A stretch of DNA of 64,000 nucleotides from an uncultured delta proteobacterium (lineage in GTDB: Bacteria; Myxococcota; Kuafuiibacteriia; Kuafuiibacteriales; Kuafuiibacteriaceae): NCBI GenBank assembly GCA_963803435.1, contig CAWDML010000001.1:1952001-2016000 (forward strand), written 5' to 3'. Made by a program: the position numbers and the translations under genes. The notes beneath the pieces are model-generated. The model did no database searches. It was not told the origin of the DNA and saw only the letters and a program-made list of their open reading frames with translations. Below are positions 1 to 7,197 of this stretch, piece by piece (position 1 is the stretch's first letter; every line of letters begins with the position of its first letter).

Positions 1-867
1 TACATCCACGACAACGCGGTCTCGAACCAGGAGAACGGGATCTCCAGCTTCGCGACCGCGTGGGACTGGACGATCCGGAACAACTTCATCGAGCACACCG
101 GCACCGGCATCTATCTCGGCAACTCGACCGGGACCGATCCGTTCATCCGCGGGACGATCGAGGACAACGTGATCCTCGCTCCGCGCGGCTACGGCATGCA
201 GATCAAGCACCAGCTCCCGCGCCCGCGGCACGCCGGCATGCCGCCCGACGGCAGCGCCACCATCATCCGGCGGAACCTCTTCGTGAAGGCCGAGGGCGCG
301 ACGCTCGGCGAGGAGGGACGCCCCAACCTGCTGGTCGGACACCTCCCGCTCGAAGGCTACGGCGCACACGATCGCTATCTGATCTATGCGAACACGTTCT
401 TCGAGAACCAGACCGACGACGAGGCGCTCTTTCAGGGCGAGGGCAACATCGACTTCTACGACAACGTCCTCATCAACAGCTTCGCGGGGATCGGCGTCTG
501 GATCCGCCCGCACAACGACGTCCCGAGGGACGTGCAGATCCACGAGAACACGTTTCTCTGCGCGGGTCCCGCCCTGGTGATCGAGGGCGGGGGCCTGATG
601 TACGCGCAGACCGCCCGTGGCAACGCCATCTTCTCGGACGACGGGGCACCGGCGGTCGGGCCCCCCGGGGTGATCGGCGACAACTCGATCGGAAGCCTCA
701 TGGACGCCCGCTTCCTCCTCGCGGATCCCTCCTTCGACCTGCAGCTGGCGGATCTGCACCCATTGCCGGGGATGCTGGTGGCGCCGCCGTCCCGCGAGAC
801 CGCCCGTCAGGACTTTGACGGACGCATCCGGGTCAGCGCGTACTACGGGGCCTTCGCGGGCCCCTGA
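1..867 (+). CDS. Right-handed parallel beta-helix protein (pectin lyase-like fold), 5' end outside window
   Basis: Frame open from base 1: YIHDNAVSNQENGIS..WTIRNNFIEHTGTGIYLG..TIEDNVI..IIRRNLF..IYANTF..FYDNVL..IHENTF, repeated I-x-x-N-x-(F/I) coils. Confidence 0.75.
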   Translation, partial: YIHDNAVSNQENGISSFATAWDWTIRNNFIEHTGTGIYLGNSTGTDPFIRGTIEDNVILAPRGYGMQIKHQLPRPRHAGMPPDGSATIIRRNLFVKAEGATLGEEGRPNLLVGHLPLEGYGAHDRYLIYANTFFENQTDDEALFQGEGNIDFYDNVLINSFAGIGVWIRPHNDVPRDVQIHENTFLCAGPALVIEGGGLMYAQTARGNAIFSDDGAPAVGPPGVIGDNSIGSLMDARFLLADPSFDLQLADLHPLPGMLVAPPSRETARQDFDGRIRVSAYYGAFAGP

Positions 868-915
868 AAGCGGGCGGTAAGCGCAAGGCGGACCGCCGTT
901 ACGCATGCTCCCCAT

Positions 916-1347
916 GTGGGTCGTCGTAACCTGGCCGAGCGTGCCCTCGCCGACGAGACGTTGCGCGAGCCGTTGCCGGTCACCTGTTTTATCGCGACAC
1001 CCGGGCTGACGGACGAGCCCACGTTCAGCGTGGCGATGCCGTTGAAGCCGGTCTACTCTCCACCAGACGAGGGTGACACGGGCTACCTGACGCGGCGGCC
1101 CGAGCGCGTCTTCGTGGGACCGGTCCCGAGCCCTCGACCGCTGGTGCGCGCCACCCCGATCCCCCTCCCGCGGCGCCCAATCGAGCGCGCACCACAGGCT
1201 CCGGTGCCGAAGATCTCGCGTCGTTCCGACACGGTTCGCTCGCTCCCTCCACCCGAGCGCCTGCAGATCTCCTCGCTGATGATTTTCTGGGGGGTGGCGC
1301 TCTTGGGCTCTCTCGCCGCGATCGGGGCCGCGCTCGCCTCGTGGTAA
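916..1347 (+). CDS. Hypothetical Pro-rich protein with C-terminal TM helix
   Basis: 143-aa ORF filling the gap; hydrophobic end LMIFWGVALLGSLAAIGAALASW; start uncertain. Confidence 0.5.
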   Translation: MGRRNLAERALADETLREPLPVTCFIATPGLTDEPTFSVAMPLKPVYSPPDEGDTGYLTRRPERVFVGPVPSPRPLVRATPIPLPRRPIERAPQAPVPKISRRSDTVRSLPPPERLQISSLMIFWGVALLGSLAAIGAALASW

Positions 1348-1360
1348 CCTGTCCGGTGCT

Positions 1361-2167
1361 TTGACCCACTTCGAGCCGTCCGGCGTCATCACGCTCACCA
1401 CCGACTTCGGCCACAAGGGGCCGTTCGTCGCCACGATGAAGGGCGTGATGCTGTCGCGATTCCCGGAGGCCCGGATCATCAATCTCACGCACGAGACCGT
1501 GGTCCATTGGCCGGCGGAGGCTGGCTTCTGGCTCCAGCGCTCGTACCAGTACTTTCCGCAGGGCACGGTGCACGTCGCGGTCGTCGATCCCGGCGTGGGC
1601 ACGCGGCGCGACATCATCACTTTGATGCACGACGGGCACGCGTTCATCGCGCCGGACAACGGCCTCTTGGCGCCCATGATCAACGATGCGAGCGACGCGA
1701 TCGTCCACAAGCTCGACGACAGCGCGATGGAGCGGTTCGAGCTGCCGACGCCGAGCGCCACCTTCCACGGCCGCGACATCTTCGCGCCGCTCGGCGCCGA
1801 GATGGCGGCCGGGCGGCTCAAGCCTTGGGAGATCGGCCCACCCACCAGCGACGTCGTCCCTTCGTGGGTCGACGAGCCCATCGCCACGCGCTCCCGGGTC
1901 TCCGGCCTCGTGATCGCCGTCGACAACTTCGGGAACCTGATCACCAACATCGATCAGTCGCTGCTCGAGCGCTTCGCCCAGCCCACGGTGAACATCGCCG
2001 GCCATCAACTCGAGCTCCGGCGGACCTACGGCGACGTCACGCCGGGCGATTACCTGGCCTTGATCAACTCCTTTGGCGTCCTCGAGATCGCCCGCGCCGA
2101 GAAGAACGCCTCGGACGGCCTGGGCGTGGAGCGGGGCGCGCCGGTCGTGGTCACGGAGGCGGATTGA
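1361..2167 (+). CDS. SAM hydroxide adenosyltransferase (DUF62; chlorinase/fluorinase superfamily)
   Basis: Motifs ITLTTDFG, VVDPGVGT.R, APDNGLL, TFHGRDIFAP, D.FGNLITNI, NS.G.LEIA. Confidence 0.9.
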   Translation: MTHFEPSGVITLTTDFGHKGPFVATMKGVMLSRFPEARIINLTHETVVHWPAEAGFWLQRSYQYFPQGTVHVAVVDPGVGTRRDIITLMHDGHAFIAPDNGLLAPMINDASDAIVHKLDDSAMERFELPTPSATFHGRDIFAPLGAEMAAGRLKPWEIGPPTSDVVPSWVDEPIATRSRVSGLVIAVDNFGNLITNIDQSLLERFAQPTVNIAGHQLELRRTYGDVTPGDYLALINSFGVLEIARAEKNASDGLGVERGAPVVVTEAD

Positions 2168-2201
2168 CCGCCGGAGACGTCGATCGCAGCATGCGGTCAA
2201 A

Positions 2202-3407
2202 GTGCATAGTGCAGCTCAATACTCAGCGCAGGTTGCGCTCGCCCTCGCCCTGGTCGCCTGCGAGCCCGCGACCCTGGCCCCGGCACCTTCGGCCGACCTC
2301 CCGGACGCCGGCTCGACCCCGATGAAGGACGCCGAGACCGCGCCCGTGGCCGCCGACGCCGCGGTGCCGCCCGATCCACCGGATGCCGCGCCGAGCGATG
2401 GGGGATCCGTCCCCCCCGACGCCGGCGAGCCGCCACCCCTGGACGCGGGTCCCGCCGACGCGGGCACCCTGCCCCTCGGCGCCCTCTGCTTCTCGGACAT
2501 CTACGATCCGAACGCCGCCAGCCCCGACTACGATCAGTTCTCACCGACGTACGGCAGCCACTGCTTCGGCACCAATCATCAGGACATCAACGGCGTCGAG
2601 CGCGTCGTCTTTCTCGGTGACTCCGTCACGGTCGGCACACCCCCGACTCCGCACGACGAGTTCTATCGATCGGTCCTCGCCGATCGGCTGGCCACACAGT
2701 TCAACCTGCAACCGCCGAGCGACGCCTGGAAGCGCGCCTCGGTCCTCGACGGCACCGCCCTGGTCCAGTCGTCCGGCGACTTCGCCAGCTGCGCCAAATG
2801 GGGCGCACGCACCGACGATCTGATGGAGGACAACACGCAGATCCTCGACTGCTTCCCCGAGTCGGAGCGCAACAAGCGGACCCTTGTGATCATGACGATC
2901 GGCGGCAACGACATCGCCGCCCTCACCAAGGCTGGCGCACCCTCAGGCGGGCACACCTACGCCGAGGTCGAGCAGATGACCGAAGACTTCGTCGCCAAGC
3001 TCGAGCTGGCGCTCTCCTGGTTCCGCGAGGACCCCAGCCGGTTCCCCAACGGCGTCTTCGTGGTGTTCTCGAACATGTTCGAGTTCACGGACGCGACCGG
3101 CGACGTCACCTCGTGCCCCGCCGCCGGCGTCGCAGGCTTCGACGAGCCGTGGGCCAACCCCGCCGACCTCGAGCACCTGGTGATCTGGGCGAACGAGCAG
3201 TACATGCGGATCGCCGTCGAGACCCAGACGGACATGATCTTCATGCTGGAGACGTTCTGCGGCCACGGCTATCACAATGAGGACGCCGCGGGACGTTGCT
3301 ACCGAGGTCCGGGGACCGAGCGCTGGTTCGACGTCAGCTGCATCCACCCGAACCCGACGGGTCACGGCGTCATCAGCGACATGTTCATGAGCGTGATCCT
3401 CGAGTGA
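2202..3407 (+). CDS. SGNH/GDSL hydrolase lipoprotein with Asp-Ala-Gly-rich linker
   Basis: Lipobox LALVAC; blocks FLGDS, TIGGND, D...IHPN..GH; start set at GTG 2202. Confidence 0.8.
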   Translation: MHSAAQYSAQVALALALVACEPATLAPAPSADLPDAGSTPMKDAETAPVAADAAVPPDPPDAAPSDGGSVPPDAGEPPPLDAGPADAGTLPLGALCFSDIYDPNAASPDYDQFSPTYGSHCFGTNHQDINGVERVVFLGDSVTVGTPPTPHDEFYRSVLADRLATQFNLQPPSDAWKRASVLDGTALVQSSGDFASCAKWGARTDDLMEDNTQILDCFPESERNKRTLVIMTIGGNDIAALTKAGAPSGGHTYAEVEQMTEDFVAKLELALSWFREDPSRFPNGVFVVFSNMFEFTDATGDVTSCPAAGVAGFDEPWANPADLEHLVIWANEQYMRIAVETQTDMIFMLETFCGHGYHNEDAAGRCYRGPGTERWFDVSCIHPNPTGHGVISDMFMSVILE

Positions 3408-3421
3408 GCGGGTCTTAGAAC

Positions 3422-3553
3422 AACCGGTCCTAAAACCGTTCCGTTCGCTATTCCGTGTTGCACTTGTTCTGGCATTCGCTGTTCGTGTTCAGCTCATGAA
3501 GGGGAACGCCGAGACACGGAACAGCGTACGATCTGGAGGTTTTCGGACCGGTT
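3422..3553. repeat. Nested imperfect inverted repeat between convergent genes (MITE/REP-like element or bidirectional terminator)
   Basis: Outer arms 3422-3437 AACCGGTCCTAAAACC / 3538-3553 GGTTTTCGGACCGGTT (1 mismatch); inner arms 3442-3458 / 3514-3530 (2 mismatches). Confidence 0.65.
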
Positions 3554-3554
3554 C

Positions 3555-4337
3555 TTACTTCTTCTTGTTCTTGCCTTCGGCGTAGATCGCGAAGAACGCG
3601 CCCTGCGGATCCACGCACTGGGCGATGACGTCATCCCCGGGGATGTCCATCGGACCGTTCATGATCTTGCCGCCGTTCTTCTTGATGCGATCGACCGTCG
3701 TGCCCATGTCCTGGACCGTCACGTAGTGGAGCCAGTGCGGGGGCACCTTCATCTGCTTCGCCATGTTCGACATGCCGCCGCGCGTCTGCTCGGAGCTGTC
3801 CTGGAACATCAGGTACGTACCCGCCGGCCCCATCTCCATGGAGCCTCGCTCGGCCCACCCGAACAGCTCGCCGTAGAACTTCCACGCCGCCTCGTAGTCG
3901 GTGGTGTTGAGCTCGGCCCAGCTGAAGCTCCCCTGCGCGCTTCGATCCGGCGGGGTCATGGTGCCCTCGCCCGTGAAGATCGCGAACGCCGCGCCCTGCG
4001 GATCCGCCAGAATCGCGATACGACCCACCTTCGGCACGTCGAAGGCCGGAACCAGGCTCCTGCCGCCCAGCTTCTCGACCTTCTTGACGGACGCATCGAC
4101 GTTGTCGACGCTCGTGTACGCGATCCAGTGGGGCGGAGCGCCCATCTTCTGCGCCTCCGTCGGCAACGGCATCAGCCCGCCGATCGGTTTCTCACCCGCG
4201 AGCCACATCGTGTACGGCATCTTCGGATCGGAGTCCTGGTAGACCTGGGTCTTCCAGCCGATGACCTCGCTGTAGAAGCGCTTCGCGCCGTCCAGGTCGG
4301 TCGTCATCAGATCAAACCAAACGTTCTGTCCTCTCAT
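3555..4337 (-). CDS. VOC/glyoxalase family protein, two domains
   Basis: Tandem W.(D/E)L.TTD...A..FY...FGW and DPQGA.FAI repeats; SD GAGGAGG upstream. Confidence 0.9.
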   Translation of the reverse strand: MRGQNVWFDLMTTDLDGAKRFYSEVIGWKTQVYQDSDPKMPYTMWLAGEKPIGGLMPLPTEAQKMGAPPHWIAYTSVDNVDASVKKVEKLGGRSLVPAFDVPKVGRIAILADPQGAAFAIFTGEGTMTPPDRSAQGSFSWAELNTTDYEAAWKFYGELFGWAERGSMEMGPAGTYLMFQDSSEQTRGGMSNMAKQMKVPPHWLHYVTVQDMGTTVDRIKKNGGKIMNGPMDIPGDDVIAQCVDPQGAFFAIYAEGKNKKK

Positions 4338-4359
4338 CTCGTCAAACCTCCTCTGGTTC

Positions 4360-5379
4360 TCATCGCCCGGTCGTCAGCACGACGCGGAATCGAGCCTTGC
4401 CACTGATCATGTGCTCGTACGCCTCGGATGCGCGTTCGAGCGGATAAACTTCGTTCATGGAGCGCACGCCGGAGAGGACGCTGAACGAGAGCGCGTCCTC
4501 CGAGTCGATCGACGTGCCCGAATAGCAGCCCTCGACGGACTGCTTGCCCATGATGAGCTGGAGCGGCGAGATCTGGAGCGAGGGCACCGCGCCCGCGATC
4601 AGGAACGTGCCCTTGAGCCCGAGGCCGCCGATCACCGACTGCATCGCGTCTGGGTGGGTGACGGTCGCGAGGATGACCTTGGCTCCGCCCAGCTTCTGGA
4701 GCTCGACGGCGGGATCCTGCGACGTGCTGTCGAGGTACTGGTGTGCGCCCAGCTTGCGGGCGAGCGCCTCCTTGTCCTTGCCGCGCGCGATCGCGATCGT
4801 CTTGAAGCCCATCTTGGCCGCGTACTGCACGCCGAGGTGACCGAGGCCGCCCAGGCCCAGCACCGCGACCACCTCGCCCGGACGCGCCTCGCTGCTCCTG
4901 AGCGCGTTGAACGTGGTGAGGCCGGCGCACATCAGCGGGGCCGCCTCGACTGCGCTCAGCCCCTCCGGGACCGACGCCACCGCCGACTCGGGCGCGATCA
5001 TGTACTCGCCGTAACCGCCGTCGTAGGTGATACCGGTGATCTGCGGGTTGGTCTGGCAGCCAAAGAAGTTGCCCCGGCGGCAGGCGTTGCAGCGGCCGCA
5101 GCTGCCGCCGTGCCAGCCCACGCCGACCCGCTGCCCGCGCGACAGCCGCTCGACGCCGCTTCCGACCTCGTCGACGACACCGACGACCTCATGTCCCGGG
5201 ATGCGCGGGTACTCGATCCCGGGGAACGCGCCGACCTTCGTCAGCGAGTCGCTATGACAGATCCCGCACGCCTGCACCTTCACGCGCACGAAGCCCGGAC
5301 CAGGCTCGGGCACGTCGCGCTCGACGATCTCGAGCGGTGCATTGGGACGGGAGACCTGAACGACCTTCATCTTGGCCAC
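4360..5379 (-). CDS. Zinc-dependent alcohol dehydrogenase (AdhP-like)
   Basis: CGICHSD, GHE.VG, structural Cys cluster C..C..CRRG....C, GLGGLG; SD GGAGG before GTG 5379. Confidence 0.93.
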   Translation of the reverse strand: MAKMKVVQVSRPNAPLEIVERDVPEPGPGFVRVKVQACGICHSDSLTKVGAFPGIEYPRIPGHEVVGVVDEVGSGVERLSRGQRVGVGWHGGSCGRCNACRRGNFFGCQTNPQITGITYDGGYGEYMIAPESAVASVPEGLSAVEAAPLMCAGLTTFNALRSSEARPGEVVAVLGLGGLGHLGVQYAAKMGFKTIAIARGKDKEALARKLGAHQYLDSTSQDPAVELQKLGGAKVILATVTHPDAMQSVIGGLGLKGTFLIAGAVPSLQISPLQLIMGKQSVEGCYSGTSIDSEDALSFSVLSGVRSMNEVYPLERASEAYEHMISGKARFRVVLTTGR

Positions 5380-5600
5380 GAAAAAACCTCCATGTTCGAG
5401 TTGGGGCCGGGAGACTCCCACGACCACGCCCTCGACGCCACCGGCCTGGATCCTGTGCCAAACCTAGCCCGACGAGCACGAGGCCGCTCCGTGATGAGAG
5501 TGTGACGATGCGCCACGGATCCACTGTTTTGTAGATCCGTATAATTGTATCAAGAAAGTACCGATTCTCTTGGGAAAGCCGCTTCTCCTAGTCTTGCGAG

Positions 5601-6092
5601 ATGCGGTCGAGAGCGCTCGGGTCATTGCTGATCATCGCTGCATGCGGCGAGCCTACTCCTGACTTCGAACCCCCGGACGGCGATGCCGGCTTCGAGGACG
5701 CCGGCCAGCTCGACGCCGCAACTCCGACGGACGCGGGCGATGTCGACGCCGCCTTCGCGCCCTCGACCTCCTTCGCTGGGGACGTGGCGCCGATCCTCCA
5801 GCATCGCTGCCAGGGCTGCCACTTCGTCACGGACAATCCGCCCCAGATCCTCATCGACGGCGACGCCACTCCGACCTATGAGCGCCTCCTCTCTGCCCGC
5901 TCCACCACCGCAGATCTCGCGCTGATCGCCCCCGGACGCCCTGAAGAGAGCTACCTATGGCACAAGGTTCACGGCACCCAGCGCAGCGCCGGCGGCGCCG
6001 GCAACCGCATGCCCCCACCCGTCGCCTCGCCGATGACGCCGGCCGAGCTCGCCACCGTCGACCGCTGGATCGAAGGCGGCGCCCTCCCCTGA
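5601..6092 (+). CDS. Lipoprotein with single c-type heme motif
   Basis: Lipobox IAAC; CQGCH; PG.PEESYL..K; RMPP distal Met; W I..GA end. Confidence 0.7.
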   Translation: MRSRALGSLLIIAACGEPTPDFEPPDGDAGFEDAGQLDAATPTDAGDVDAAFAPSTSFAGDVAPILQHRCQGCHFVTDNPPQILIDGDATPTYERLLSARSTTADLALIAPGRPEESYLWHKVHGTQRSAGGAGNRMPPPVASPMTPAELATVDRWIEGGALP

Positions 6093-6099
6093 TCGGACC

Positions 6100-7197
6100 T
6101 CACGTCCCCGTCATCTGTCTCAGACTTGCTGGATGGGGGAACTCGAGCGGCGTGGCGCGCTCGAGGCGGCCGGCGGCGCGCTCGCGCTCGGCCTCGAACA
6201 GCGTCGCGGCGCCCGTCTCCTTGGCATCCTCCAGCCCGGCCAGAATGAAGGCGAGGCGCTCGAGGGGTTCGACCAGCCCGGCCAGGTCGCAGAGCGCCTC
6301 GGGATCGAGCGACGTCAGGACCTCGGCGAGTGCGCTCGAATCCCAATCCGCGCGCTCCCCACGGGACTCGAGGTGCTCGCGGAGGCGGGGCGCATCGAGG
6401 CAGTCGAAGAACCGCTTCGCCAGCGAGCGTCCCATCTCCACCATGTGCTCGCGCGTGTACGCCACCAGCTCGCGCTCGTCGATGTCGGCATCGGCGTAGC
6501 GGAGCATGACCGAGGTGTCCATCACCTGCCGGTACGCCTTCTCGTACTCGAGGATCCGCGCCGCGACCTGGTCGGCCTCGGTCGCCGGCTCGATCGAGGC
6601 CGGGTCGTAGCGCACCGAACCGTCCTCGAGCGACAGCTCGATCCCCTTGTCGCGGAGGCCGCGCTGGAAGGCGTCGAGCAGCGGGTGGGCGTGCTGATCG
6701 ATCTGGTCCAGCGTGCCCAGGTTGAGAAATGGCCCGTAGTGCTCGCCGCGGGCGGAGGCGTAGGCGTAGCTCCCCACGCGGAACTCCTCGGCGTCTGGGT
6801 TGTGCGCGCCGTACTCGCTCTTCATCACCCGATCGACGAAGGCATCGTCGCTGTCGATCACCAGATCGATGTCCGAGTTCGGCCCGAAGCGCCCTTTGAG
6901 CACGCCGCCCATGAGGTAGAGCTCCGCGTCGCCGCGGCCGCCGGCCAGCTCGCGAAAGCGACGGACCGCCCGTCCGAGCTGGCGCTCCTTGGCGGTGAGA
7001 GCCTCGATGACCTCACGGTCCGTGTACGGCTGGGCGAGATCGCGCTCGAGCTTCATCTGCCACCGCGGTGCGATCGGCAGGTCGTCGAGGTCGCGCGCCA
7101 CCTCGCGGGCCGAGCCGTCGCCCAGCATGTGCCAGGGGACCCCGTTGAGGAGGTAGAGGCTCAGGTTGTAGCGCAAGACCGAGTGCTCGGGGCCCAC
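6100..7197 (-). CDS. Pol-beta superfamily minimal nucleotidyltransferase domain; probably the C-terminal part of the upstream ORF
   Basis: LYLMGGVLKGRFGPNSDIDLVID fits hG[GS]x9-13DxD; one extra G in the G6 run at 7204-7209 would fuse it in frame to 7161..10094. Confidence 0.7.
   Translation of the reverse strand: MGPEHSVLRYNLSLYLLNGVPWHMLGDGSAREVARDLDDLPIAPRWQMKLERDLAQPYTDREVIEALTAKERQLGRAVRRFRELAGGRGDAELYLMGGVLKGRFGPNSDIDLVIDSDDAFVDRVMKSEYGAHNPDAEEFRVGSYAYASARGEHYGPFLNLGTLDQIDQHAHPLLDAFQRGLRDKGIELSLEDGSVRYDPASIEPATEADQVAARILEYEKAYRQVMDTSVMLRYADADIDERELVAYTREHMVEMGRSLAKRFFDCLDAPRLREHLESRGERADWDSSALAEVLTSLDPEALCDLAGLVEPLERLAFILAGLEDAKETGAATLFEAERERAAGRLERATPLEFPHPASLRQMTGT

Noticed and set aside
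1361-2167. Possible fluorinase/chlorinase
   Set aside because: VVDPGVG.R and TFHGRD supply the Asp/Arg/His set of DUF62 SAM hydrolases; no halometabolite genes nearby
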